64,000 nucleotides of DNA from Eledone cirrhosa. Taxonomy: Eukaryota. Positions 27,601 through 40,164 of the stretch are shown here, in pieces (position 1 is the stretch's first letter; each line of letters starts with the position of its first letter). The notes under the pieces were generated by a model. That model worked only from the letters and a program-made list of their open reading frames with translations. It did no database searches and was not told the origin of the DNA. The translations under genes and the position numbers were made by a program. Where the stretch lies: NCBI GenBank assembly GCA_964016885.1, contig OZ024757.1:2046001-2110000 (forward strand), written 5' to 3'.

Positions 27601-29412
27601 ACTAGTGTTAGTCAACGGTCAAGAGGGTCTCACACATGGCTACTCTAGCCCCCACTAGTGTTAGTCAAGGGGTCTCACACATGGCTACTCTAGCCCACAC
27701 TAGTGTTAGTCAACGGTCAAGAGGGTCTCACACATGGCTACTCTAGCCCCCACTAGTGTTAGTCAACGGTCAAGAGGGTCTCACACATGGCTACTCTAGC
27801 CCCCACTAGTGTTAGTCAACGGTCAAGAGGGTCTCACACATGGCTACTCTAGCCCCCACTAGTGTTAGTCAAGGGGTCTCACATGGCTACTCTAGCCCCC
27901 ACTAGTGTTAGTCAACGGTCAAGAGGGTCTCACACATGGCTACTCTAGCCCCCACTAGTGTTAGTCAACGGTCAAGAGGGTCTCACACATGGCTACTCTA
28001 GCCCCCACTAGTGTTAGTCAAGGGGTCTCACATGGCTACTCTAGCCCACACTAGTGTTAGTCAACGGTCAAGAGGGTCTCACACATGGCTACTCTAGCCC
28101 CCACTAGTGTTAGTCAACGGTCAAGAGGGTCTCACACATGGCTACTCTAGCCCCCACTAGTGTTAGTCAAGGGGTCTCACATGGCTACTCTAGCCCACAC
28201 TAGTGTTAGTCAACGGTCAAGAGGGTCTCACACATGGCTACTCTAGCCCCCACTAGTGTTAGTCAACGGTCAAGAGGGTCTCACACATGGCTACTCTAGC
28301 CCCCACTAGTGTTAGTCAACGGTCAAGAGGGTCTCACACATGGCTACTCTAGCCCCCACTAGTGTTAGTCAAGGGGTCTCACATGGCTACTCTAGCCCAC
28401 ACTAGTGTTAGTCAACGGTCAAGAGGGTCTCACACATGGCTACTCTAGCCCCCACTAGTGTTAGTCAACGGTCAAGAGGGTCTCACACATGGCTACTCTA
28501 GCCCCCACTAGTGTTAGTCAACGGTCAAGAGGGTCTCACACATGGCTACTCTAGCCCCCACTAGTGTTAGTCAACGGTCAAGAGGGTCTCACACATGGCT
28601 ACTCTAGCCCCCACTAGTGTTAGTCAACGGTCAAGAGGGTCTCACACATGGCTACTCTAGCCCCCACTAGTGTTAGTCAACGGTCAAGGGGTCTCACACA
28701 TGGCTACTCTAGCCCCCACTAGTGTTAGTCAACGGTCAAGGGGTCTCACACATGGCTACTCTAGCCCCCACTAGTTTAAGTCAACAGTCAAGAGGGTCTC
28801 ACACATGGCTACTCTAGCCCCCACTAGTGTTAGTCAAGGGGTCTCACACATGGCTACTCTAGCCCCCACTAGTGTTAGTCAAGGGGTCTCACATGGCTAC
28901 TCTAGCCCCCACTAGTGTTAGTCAACAGTCAAGAGGGTCTCACACATGGCTACTCTAGCCCCCACTAGTGTTAGTCAACGGTCAAGAGGGTCTCACACAT
29001 GGCTACTCTAGCCCCCACTAGTGTTAGTCAAGGGGTCTCACATGGCTACTCTAGCCCACACTAGTGTTAGTCAACGGTCAAGAGGGTCTCACACATGGCT
29101 ACTCTAGCCCCCACTAGTGTTAGTCAACGGTCAAGGGGTCTCACACATGGCTACTCTAGCCCCCACTAGTTTAAGTCAACAGTCAAGGGGTCTCACATGG
29201 CTACTCTAGCCCCCACTAGTGTTAGTCAACGGTCAAGGGGTCTCACATGGCTACTCTAGCCCACACTAGTGTTAGTCAACGGTCAAGAGGTCTCACATGG
29301 CTACTCTAGCCCCCACTAGTGTTAGTCAAGGGGTCTCACATGGCTACTCTAGCCCCCACTAGTGTTAGTCAAGGGGTCTCACATGGCTACTCTAGCCCCC
29401 ACTAGTTTAAGT
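24653..29412. repeat. 52-53-bp minisatellite with 43-45-bp variants, about 90-95 copies, higher-order structure
   Basis: Unit GGGTCTCACACATGGCTACTCTAGCCCCCACTAGTGTTAGTCAACGGTCAAG(A)G. Confidence 0.97.
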
Positions 29413-30101
29413 CCTATATATCCAATTAGTGTGAATCTTACGTTGTGCTTTGCATAATTTTGACGGTTTTTTTTCTGGCTGGAATCCTTTCCTATCACCA
29501 ACCACTTTACAGAGTGGACTGGGTGTATTATTTGTGCCACCAGCACTAGAGAGGTTTGTCTTATTGAACTCAAGGGCTCACTCCACCCTACTTTCCCAAG
29601 GAGCCCACATTTGCCCCATGTAGTTTAGAGTCACTGCCCTCCCACACAGTCTACCTTCTCAATGTCTTACAAAGCCCAACACCAGCCCCGTGTTATCTTA
29701 TTTTACTCAGAGTGCTGCCTCCTAGACTCTCAACTACACTAAGGAGGCATGGGCAGCAACTCAAGCCTCTTAAGAATCCTTCATTGACCTAGTTAGTCTT
29801 TCTAAGCCTAGTTACGGCCCACACAGTAGTGAATTGACTGTCATTTGAGAGAGGTACGTGTCAAAAGCAACTGACCGGAAGGTGATGGAAAGGTGGGATG
29901 ATTACTGGAGCAAGTCACTAAATGTAGAGAACATTATATATGTATATGAAATGTTCACAATGCTAAGACCAGGGAGACTGCAAACCAGGGGAGTACTCAA
30001 TACATAGAGAAGGAATAAGAAATAATGTGGTCCCAATGGAGAGCCCTCTTCATTTCATCTAAAACAGGGAGGACCCATCTTCAGGATTATACTATATATA
30101 T

Positions 30102-30414
30102 AGGTATTGTTCTCAAAATAAATACTTTCAAAATCTCAGATTCGATATTACGTGAGATAAAGTGTTTACCGTGAAAATACAATAGTATATATAATGTGAA
30201 TGCTAAAGGGTTAACCCTTTAGCATTCATATTACTCTATATATACTATTATATTTTCATGGTAAATGCTTTATCTCACATAATATCGAATCTATGAGATT
30301 TGGAAGTATTTATTTTGAGAACAATACCTTAACATCAGTATGAATGACCAGTTACAGCCAGTTTCAACAGAAAAAGGTAGAGAATTCTGGCCGGTTTGAA
30401 CATTAAAGAGTTAA
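30102..30414. mobile_element. Two piggyBac-type MITE copies back to back, sharing a TTAA
   Basis: AATGCTAAAGGG-TTAA-CCCTTTAGCATT at about 30199-30227; the full copy ends AAAGAG-TTAA; more copies at 42873-43075, 43202-43414, 48975-50506, 51515-51666, 54140-56375. Confidence 0.75.
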
Positions 30415-31963
30415 ATGGTGATGATGATATATATATATATATAACAAAGATACCAGGTGGACCATAACGCACCAGAGTACTTAATGGTGGCTTAGTTCGG
30501 ATATAGCTGTTGAAACGGCCAGAGCTCAGTCGTTGGGGTCCTGAATCTTTTCATACAAGAATTAGGGCTAAAAATTCAAGACCCAGAGCTTTGCCCACCG
30601 TCAATATCGTAGGAAACCACACAATATTTTGCAGCGAATCTAATTAGGTTAGAGTATATTTCATTATAAATATGGCAATTACAGGTTTACACCTCACCCC
30701 ACGTCTGATGACAGAAAAGACGGTATAAGGGAGAGCACTCTCTACATATTTTGAGTCCTACATGTAATTCTGAGGCCAACACTGATTTTTCAGCTACCTA
30801 TCAGAACTAAGATAAAATATGTTAGCTGCGACAACTCATCCCCTGGAGAGGCTGCTAGACTCTTTCGTAACACAGATAATCTTTTACATATTCCAATAAA
30901 TGAAAACCTGAGCCACTTTTGTTGAATTCCTATAAAACTGCAGAACTGTATGGTGTTATGACCCGCCACATTAGATGTAATTTCGGGTCCCAAATAATAA
31001 GGGTGTGGGTGTGTGGAATAAGCAGGGTGGGGTGCTGGTAAAAAATCAGCAATATTTCTAAGTTGTCTTGATTTTTTTAAAAACCAGAATTAGTCATTTA
31101 GTTTACATATTGAGACCCCAACCCATCCTATTTATTTTATATGGGATTTCTAGTAATGTACTTTCTTGTTATGTAGAATGTTTTTTAATGTCAAAAGAAA
31201 ATTGTCTTAAAATTGTCTCAATTTTGCTGGGGGTAGATTAGCAACATTTAATAAGCAGGAGGTAAACTGTGGACTGAGTAGTGGGAAATACAGGCTTAAT
31301 AATTTTCTGTTATCAGATAAAGAAATGTAAAAAAAAATAATTAGATTATCAAACTTTAAGTTAAAATTATTTTATTTGGGAGAATTAGAGGGGGGGGGGG
31401 GAGTGGGACATAACAAAGAAAGACAGAGCTGGTGTAGGGTACTATATACCCAGGTACAGGTCCTGAAGTGAGTGTGACATGCTATATATATAAAGAGGAC
31501 TACAAAACTGTGTTTACAGTTGATTTATTTCCTGGAAGGTAACAGGAAAAGCTCACACAGGAGGTTATGTTTAACAATATAGAAATGGTGGACGTATTAA
31601 AAAGCTAGAAATTCAAAACAAAATTGATGGAAGGAGAGGAAAATATAATTACCTTAAGACATTCTTGTAAGTGTATGCAGGATATACAGCTTATATATAT
31701 ATATATGCAGTATATATAATATATATACACAGTATATATTATATATATATGGACATCTATACAGGATATACATATATATTATATATATATATATGGAAAT
31801 CTATAGAGTATATATATATATATATCTGGAAATCTATACAGTATATATATTACACACACATTTCATTCAAGTGGAATTTTTCACCAGTTTGTAATTTTCT
31901 TAATGTATTTTTTGAGACATTCACTCGGGGACTTCTGTCAAGTAAAACATACAAAACAATAAA

Positions 31964-32160
31964 AACAGCCAGCTACCAAGAGGGTCTCCCTATCTCATAC
32001 CACAAACAGCCAGCTACCAACAGGGTCTCCCCTATCTCACACCACAAACAGCCAGCTACCAACAGGGTTTCCTCTATCTCACACCACAAACAGCCAGCTA
32101 CCAACAGGGTCTCCCTATCAGACACCACAAACAGCCAGCTACCAACAGGGTCTCCCCTAC
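31964..32160. repeat. About 42-bp tandem repeat, about 5 copies
   Basis: ACAAACAGCCAGCTACCAACAGGGTCTCCC units. Confidence 0.9.
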
Positions 32161-32833
32161 CACTGACACATTCCTCCAGGGTCTCCTAATTCCTGAGTTG
32201 TAGGAGTGCCATTATCAGTTGGGTCTTTAAACCTGACAGAGGTTAGAACCCAGCTATTTCTAAAGAGGGAGAATCAAACCTCAGTATGTCACTGCTACTT
32301 TCTTGGAAGGCAAAGTTGACCTTGGTAGGATTTGAACTCAGAGTAGAGCACCAGGCCAACTATTGCAAACACTTCTACCCAACACATTAAAACAGAGTTT
32401 TTATGAAGAGCTCACATCTCTCTACTCCCTCAGTGTTTCCACTCACATCATGGTGACATGAGAAAAAGTGCTTAGTTCACCCTGTTAGGTGGTCATACTG
32501 GTGACATGACAAAAAGTGCTTAGTTCACCCTGTAAGGTGGTCATGTAGGTGAGCAACCCAAACTGTAAAGTGGTTGTATAGGTGTCACAAGAAAAAGCAG
32601 CCAATCCACACTGTAAGGCAGTTGGTGTACATATCTGGACCCGACTTGTCTCATAACATGACAACCTGTCTAACCCATGCTTGTGTGGAAAATGGACGTT
32701 AAAGGATGATGATGGCCTCTCCCTCAGTGTTTTCCACTAAATCAGTTTATCAAAGTTTCTAGTCTCACTCCCTTACACACTTTCTCTCAGGCCACACTAA
32801 GAAGGAATGGCCAACAGAATGATTTTACACATA

Positions 32834-32922
<89 letters not shown>

Positions 32923-33239
32923 AAAGTAAGGACCTCGATGACTGAGCTCCGGGCGTTTCGACAGCTAGATCCAAACCATATAATATATATATATATATAA
33001 AGGAACTATGTTTGGAACACAGCAAGCAAAGTTTAGAATAGAAATAGAAGCTCCACTGTAATATAGTCTAATAATGGGGTGTATAAACCCACTGAACAGA
33101 AACAGATGGTTGTCAGCACATATGGGAGCTGACAACCATCTGTTTCTGTTCATTATTAGACTATATTATAGTAAAGAATATTACAGTGAAGCTTCTATTT
33201 CTATTTCAATAGATATATGTAAGTATATATATATATATA

Positions 33240-33574
33240 TCATCATCATCATTTTATGTCCGCTTTTCCCTGCTTGCAAGGGTGGGACGGGAGCTGATTT
33301 TGGCTTCGTTTCTACAGCTGGATGCCCTTCCTAACACCAACCTCATTTACAGTGAGTGCTGGGTGCTTTTTTGCCGTGGCGCCTCCACGACCACTTTGCA
33401 GTGGAATGATAGGGACCCCAGTCCCTATCATCTCATTTCTACAGCTGAGTAAACTGGAGCAATGTGAAATAAAGTGTCTTGCTCAAGGAAACAACACATC
33501 ACCCGGTCTGAGAATTGAACTCACAACCTTTCAATTGCAAGGCCAATGCTCTAACCACTAAGCCACATGCCTCC
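33240..33574 (-). mobile_element. tRNA-derived SINE (family B), full length, with RTE-derived 3' tail
   Basis: A/B-box head GGCTTAGTGGTTAGAGC..GAGTTCAATTC; tail TTAGGAAGGGCATCCAGCTG..(ATG)n shared with the RTE 3' UTR. Confidence 0.85.
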
Positions 33575-33609
<35 letters not shown>

Positions 33610-33863
33610 GTCATACTGATGTGCTGACTATACACCAACACAAACACAGCCATACTCATGAACTATGCTCCTACCACAACCACCACCCTCAATAGGATAT
33701 CAAACAGTTATATAACCAGTCATGCTGACAACACTAAGGGACAGACGCTGTATAGCTGACCACCACTACAGACTAGATGACCACAACCACAAACAACGAC
33801 TCCTTTTGAGGAAAGCAATGGTCCACACATTCACACAGGCACCCCTCTTAGCTGTGTGGGTAA

Positions 33864-34085
33864 CAATATCCAGTAGAGCAACACGTGTATATCTGCTCAC
33901 ATTCAGATAATGAACCACACTTTCTACCACAGATAACCAGTAGAGCAACACAGACCCCCCACCTTCTCTGCTGATAACCAGTAGAGCAACACAGACCCCC
34001 CCCACCTTCTCTGCTTATAACCAGTAGAGCAACACAGACCCCCACTTTCTCTGCTGATAACCAGTAGAGCAACACAGACCCCCAC
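33864..34085. repeat. About 40-bp tandem repeat in the PRPF38B 3' UTR
   Basis: ATAACCAGTAGAGCAACACAGACCCCC units just past the stop codon. Confidence 0.85.
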
Positions 34086-34118
34086 CCACCAGTAATGACC
34101 CCCTCCCCCCCATCAAAG

Positions 34119-35049
34119 TCAGGTGTAATATTCACCATTCTCTTTACTCTTAGAATGTTTTTTCTTCTTGGCTTTTTTCTCTCGGCTCCTTTCAGAAGAC
34201 GAGTGTTCCTTTTTATGATGTGAACGACTCTTGCTACCACCATCACCACCACCAGCAGCAGTACTAGCACTACCACGGTGAACACTACTACTACTACTGC
34301 TACTGTTGTTGTTGTTGTTGTTGTTGCTGTGTTGTCCGTTGTCTTCTACTACGGCTGTCCGACACCGTGAATGAGACCGGGATCTTGACAACCGCTTCGA
34401 GCGTTTGTGTTCTTTGCTGTCTGTCGGAGACTTGGAACGTTTCCGGTCCTTACAGTGGGATTTTCTGGAATGTTTCTTCTTCTTGTTATGAGATCTAGTG
34501 GCAAGAGGTGGGGACTGGCTGCGAGAAGCTCGCTGTTCCTTCGGCATGGCCTGTACCATACCAGCACCTTTCATGGGACTTAAATCACTGCTGGTTTTGT
34601 TAGAAGAGTCTTTGGATTTTGAAGAACTGTGATGACGGTGTCGATGATGATGATGACGATGATGATGGTGATGATGCGACTGTTGTTGCTGCTGCTGCTG
34701 TTGTTGTTGGTCTTTGTGTCGACCGTTGCGTTCTCTCTCCCTCTCTCGTCTCTGTCGTTCCCGTTCTCGAGCCAGCTGAACAGCAAAGTCGTCCATCGAT
34801 GACAACGGCTGTTGTGAGGAGGAAGAGGGGGGGTACTTGTGACAAGGTGACTTCCGGTGACATGAAGACAGCGATGAATGAGGAGACGACTTACGGCTGT
34901 GAGGGGAACGACTTCGGGGAGATTTCCTGTGAGGAGAATTGGACATACGGTTCTTGTCGGTCACCTTGGACAGGGGACTCATCTGGTGAGAAGATGACAC
35001 TTTATCTCGAGGTGGTCGGTCATAACGCCTTCTCTCTGGTGACCTTGAA
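34119..35049 (-). CDS. PRPF38B: PRPF38B coding exon 6 (RS/charged low-complexity C-terminus, stop)
   Basis: Acceptor tctcccccacag; phase 2 joins exon 5 AG + T; SRSPERRR..RSRSHSR..KKAKKKKHSKSKE; TGA at 34121-34119. Confidence 0.85.
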
Positions 35050-36889
35050 CTGTGGGGGAGAAAGAGAGAATGACTGTAATGGAAAATACATGATCTCATT
35101 TTAAATATATCACATCAACTGTGGGGTCCCCCATTTTACAAAGGTGGTGATGGCAGGTTTTCTCCCTTCTGAACCCTCTTTGGGGTCTCAGGACACACAA
35201 TTATGAGTCCATCCCATGCCTCCCAGCACAAGTCGCAGGCCCATTGCCAATTTTTGCAGCGTGAAATGGAGACTGCAATATATTTTTCGATCAGATATGA
35301 ACATGTCCCTTTGTTAACCCGTGCAAAGGATGATGCGGTATGGTTCTTTCTCACACCATATTGCAGTTTTGGTGGTCTTATTCACGCCAGTCACCAATCT
35401 GGTATATTCTCAAACCTGTGAAGACTAAGCTTTTTTGGAAGAGGCCTTTACTTGCCTTGTCATAGCTACATTGCAGGCAAAAACCAACCAGCAGGAGACC
35501 CAAGAGTAGATCCCAAGCAAGACAGTTGGATAACATCCATGAGCTTGGCGGGTCTCGTTTGGGGATCCAGCCAGATCAGTTGGAGATCGTTGCTTTTGAC
35601 AGGATCTTCTGGAAGGAGTACTTGAGCACTGCCCCTCATAACCCTCTCAGGAATAAGTGGGCGAAGAAGAAGTGATGGTAGGAGCTAACCTAGGTATTAT
35701 TTTATAACTCACATAATCTACAATACTTATATAAAGGAAGTTTGTATGTTGATTGCTAAAAACAAACTCTTCATATATACCCCAAAGAAATAAATTAAAG
35801 ACACTGTATGTACTGAAGTTCTATAAATGTTTTATAATTTCCGTACAATACATTTTTCTATTTTCTTTATTACTTTCTCTATTTAGATATTTTAAATAAA
35901 TGTTTAAAATTATGTTTTGTAATATTTAACACCTTTTAATATCTTTTATTTCAAGGAAAATGGACATTACGACAGGTGACAATAGGTGGCTTATGAATAG
36001 ATTTGAGCAGAGTATAGACCTGGACGAAGGCCACTCGTTACTGCTAATTAGCATTTTAATGTGTTACAGCTACACCCAGTGCCAGATTTAGAACAAACAA
36101 GGCCCTGTGCTAGTTAAGTTATGAGGCCCCTTACTTGGGACCTGAGGAGGTAAACATTTTTGGGGCAGGAGGCTGGGCCCCGTTGGCCAACGGGGCCCTG
36201 TAATAGTTATTCACCTGTAGCTACAACATTTGTTGTTTAACCCTAAGTTGGTCCTGATCCAGCAGACCTAGCATCAAACTGCTTTCAGTCAGGCCCCTCA
36301 CCCCACTATATACTGAAGAACAGTTTTGTAGTATTCCTCCTGTCTGGACTGAGTTTGAAGTCATGATGAGGTCAACTTTACCTTCTGAGGTTGATAAAAA
36401 CAAAACTTGCAGTAATTGTACAGGAGTGGTGTGGCCTAGTGGTAAGGGTGCTGCAAATGAGTACCAGTAATAACTGGGGGTTTAACCCTGCGATGGACTG
36501 GCATCCCATCTAGAGCGAAGTCTTATATTGTCGCTTTATGCTACGAAACTGGGATAGGCACCAACCTGAGCCCCATGTCTTGAGACAGATTTTAGTAACA
36601 GCAATGGGGTTAATTCTCACAATCTCTATCAGAAAAAAATCGGCCGTGTTCAGACACAGAGAGGAGGGGGGTTTAACAAAAAGCCCAAGACCCGCTGTAT
36701 GTCACAAAGGTATGACTCAATCAGGAGTGCAGGGTAAACAGTTTCCTCTGTCCAATTTGACGAAAATCAATCGACTGTCGATATATAAAGGGGGAGAAAT
36801 CTGGCTGCTATTTCTAGCATTGCCACCTACCTCTTACTGTCATATAAAGAGGGAGAGATCTGGCTGCTATTTCTAGCATTGTCACCTAC

Positions 36890-37170
36890 CTCTTACTGTT
36901 ATTTTCAACAGGCTGCTCAACAGTATGCCAATCTTCTTCAACCTCAGCAACTGGTTCCTCTCCAGTTGGCATGGCGGGACCCTTGTTTACACCGTCAGTC
37001 ATTTGGTTCATTGAGAAAGCCCTTGCCTTCATTTTTTCGTCAAGGTCCTTCTGTGTTGGTACCGGAATGCGGGGGAAGAGGGTGCAGTACCATTCCAGTT
37101 TTGTCAACCAGTGACGTAACATCTCCCCTATAGTCATACTGTGACCACCACCAGCCTTCACATCTATCTC
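36890..37170 (-). CDS. PRPF38B: PRPF38B coding exon 5
   Basis: tttgtag|EIDVKAGGGHSMTIGEMLRHWLTKLEWYCTLFPRIPVP..NNSK AG|gtaggt; matches the PRP38 domain C-terminus. Confidence 0.93.
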
Positions 37171-37589
37171 CTACAAAAATAACAGAAATATATTTATAGT
37201 AGTGTAGTTAATACAAAACATTGAGAGATATGTAGCAAAAGACAGATAAATCTTTCCTTTTAAAGTTGGTACAATGTGGTAGGAAATACGAAGGGCAAAT
37301 GGTGAGAAAGCTAAAATAGATTCACATCTGAAAAGGGGGTAACAACCCTGAAATATGTTAAAATATACTGGGTAAAACTGCTTCACATCTGAAAAGGGGG
37401 TAACAACCCTGAAATATGTTAAAATATACTGCGTAAAACATTACTTTGTCATCATATGCCCTTCGTATTTTTCTACCACATTGTTACCAGCTTTAGAAAA
37501 AAAAATTATTGTACCTTTATTACAGAAATATATGAATGTAAGTGTACACGCATGTGTTTGTGTATGTCTGTATGTATATGTACATGCAT

Positions 37590-38165
37590 GATCATCATCA
37601 CCATTTAATGTCTATTTTCTATTCATCGATGGGTTAAATATACAGAGGATGTCCTTCCATTTTGGAAGTACTGAATCTCTTCTTCATTACCCACTTATTC
37701 CTGAGTCCCCCCAAACACTCCTTCCAACGGGTCCTATCAGAAGCAACTGTCTCCAACTGATCCTCTTCGATCGCCGAGACCAGCCAAGCTCATAGATGTT
37801 ATCCAACCATCTACCTCGGGGTTTCCTGTCGGTTGGTTTTACCCATAAAATCTGAGAAATTCTAACTACATGTCCATAGTATCGGAGCTGTGATTTCACA
37901 ATTTGGAGAAGTAGTGGATCTATCTGGAGTGACCCTCTCATTTCCGAGTCACACACTTTATTGAGTAACGTTATTCCAAACACCCTTCGGAGGTACAATA
38001 TTTCGGCAACTTGTGTTCACGATCATCTTCTTTTGGTCATTACCCAAGATACATGACCATAGGTAAGGGTTGACACAAATACTGAATTGGAGATAGTGAG
38101 TTTGGCTTTTATACCTACCTCTTTTCTTCTGATTACCGAATGCTGAAGCTGCATTACTGCATCAG
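37590..38165 (-). mobile_element. RTE-like LINE 3' fragment (second family)
   Basis: YLRRVFGITL..QLRYYGHVVR..GRWLDNIYELGW; related pieces at 35400-35670, 56420-56580, 62330-62830. Confidence 0.75.
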
Positions 38166-38174
38166 CTCCTGCAA

Positions 38175-39960
38175 ATGCAATATGGAGTGCACTGGAGCAG
38201 CCATGTTGTTAGAATGCCAGATCATTGTATTCCTCGGCAGTGTCTGTACAAGGAGTTAGTCAAAGACTATGCCAGATCATTGTATTCCTCGGCAGTGTCT
38301 GTACAGGGAGTTAGTCAAAGACTATGCCAGATCATTGTATTCCTCGGCAGTGTCTGTACAAGGAGTTAGTCAAAGACTATGCCAGATCATTGTATTCCTC
38401 GGCAGTGTCTGTACAGGGAGTTAGTCAAAGACTATGCCAGATCATTGTATTCCTCGGCAGTGTCTGTACAAGGAGTTAGTCAAAGACTATGCCAGATCAT
38501 TGTATTCCTCGGCAGTGTCTGTACAAGGAGTTAGTCAAAGACTATGCCAGATCATTGTATTCCTCGGCAGTGTCTGTACAAGGAGTTAGTCAAAGACTAT
38601 GCCAGATCATTGTATTCCTCGGCAGTGTCTGTACAGAGAGTTAGTCAAAGACTATGCCAGATCATTGTATTCCTAGGCAGTGTCTGTACAGAGAGTTAGT
38701 CAAAGACTATGCCAGATCATTGTATTCTTCGGCAGTGTCTGTACAGAGAGTTAGTCAAAGACTATGCCAGATCATTGTATTCTTCGGCAGTGTCTGTACA
38801 GGGAGTTAGTCAAAGACTATGCCAGATCATTGTATTCTTCGGCAGTGTCTGTACAAGGAGTTAGTCAAAGACTATGCCAGATCATTGTATTCCTCGGCAG
38901 TGTCTGTACAAGGAGTTAGTCAAAGACTATGCCAGATCATTGTATTCCTCGGCAGTGTCTGTACAAGGAGTTAGTCAAAGACTATGCCAGATCATTGTAT
39001 TCCTAGGCAGTGTCTGTACAGAGAGTTAGTCAAAGACTATGCCAGATCATTGTATTCTTCGGCAGTGTCTGTACAGAGAGTTAGTCAAAGACTATGCCAG
39101 ATCATTGTATTCTTCGGCAGTGTCTGTACAGGGAGTTAGTCAAAGACTATGCCAGATCATTGTATTCTTCGGCAGTGTCTGTACAAGGAGTTAGTCAAAG
39201 ACTATGCCAGATCATTGTATTCCTCGGCAGTGTCTGTACAAGGAGTTAGTCAAAGACTATGCCAGATCATTGTATTCCTCGGCAGTGTCTGTACAAGGAG
39301 TTAGTCAAAGACTATGCCAGATCATTGTATTCCTCGGCAGTGTCTGTACAGAGAGTTAGTCAAAGACTATGCCAGATCATTGTATTCCTCGGCAGTGTCT
39401 GTACAGAGAGTTAGTCAAAGACTATGCCAGATCATTGTATTCCTCGGCAGTGTCTGTACAGAGAGTTAGTCAAAGACTATGCCAGATCATTGTATTCCTC
39501 GGCAGTGTCTGTACAGAGAGTTAGTCAAAGACTATGCCAGATCATTGTATTCCTCGGCAGTGTCTGTACAGGGAGTTAGTCAAAGACAAACAGCCAAGAC
39601 ATAAACCAAAACTCAGGTACAGCACCAAAAGAACTTTGATAAAGTCAAAAACCAAAGAAGATAACTGGGAAGACATTGCCTTAGATCGATCATCTTGGAA
39701 GAAAAACAATGTTTAATGGAAAACAGGAATTCGAAAAATTAAAATGAGGTCTGCGTAAGGGTCTGAATGATATTACTTTACCTGGATTTTCAGATACTTA
39801 AAATGACTTTATGTGCAATGAGCGTGACCGGATTTGCCTCAGAAAAGCTGGTCTTAGAATCCATCATAGAAGCCCCGAAATGTTGCTGACTACGGACTAT
39901 TTGACATTTCTTCCTGCCAGAAGTGTGGAAAACAATGTGCCTCGGTCAGTGTCATTTGAT
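38175..39960 (+). mobile_element. RTE/BovB-like LINE 3' fragment interrupted by an internal minisatellite
   Basis: HWSSHVVRMPDHCIPRQCLYKELVK..HKPKLRY..NWEDIALDRSSW; homologous to the element at 105-1415. Confidence 0.85.
38214..39587. repeat. 55-bp minisatellite, 25 copies
   Basis: ATGCCAGATCATTGTATTCCTCGGCAGTGTCTGTACAAGGAGTTAGTCAAAGACT; starts 38214 to 39534 in steps of 55. Confidence 0.97.
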
Positions 39961-40164
39961 AATTCCCCAAAGCGGGAGTAACATTCATCACTGCAACATA
40001 TGCTAAAGAGTCATGTTTGTGCCACCCAGGTGTCAGGAAAAGATGAAATAATGGCAGCTTTTTAAATTGATATGCATATGTATGTATCATCTATGTATAT
40101 GTGGCTATGTACATATAATTAATGTGTATGTATATATACATAATGTGTGTATATGCATGTATAT

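Noticed and set aside
33500-33574. tRNA gene
   Set aside because: The A/B-box head runs into a SINE body and LINE tail; no intact cloverleaf; multiple diverged copies
34619-35104. Plus-strand 161-aa ORF
   Set aside because: Antisense shadow of the low-complexity PRPF38B last exon
35400-36220. Additional PRPF38B exon between exons 5 and 6
   Set aside because: The sequence is LINE and DNA-transposon remnants; exons 5 and 6 already join in phase to give a plausible 549-aa protein
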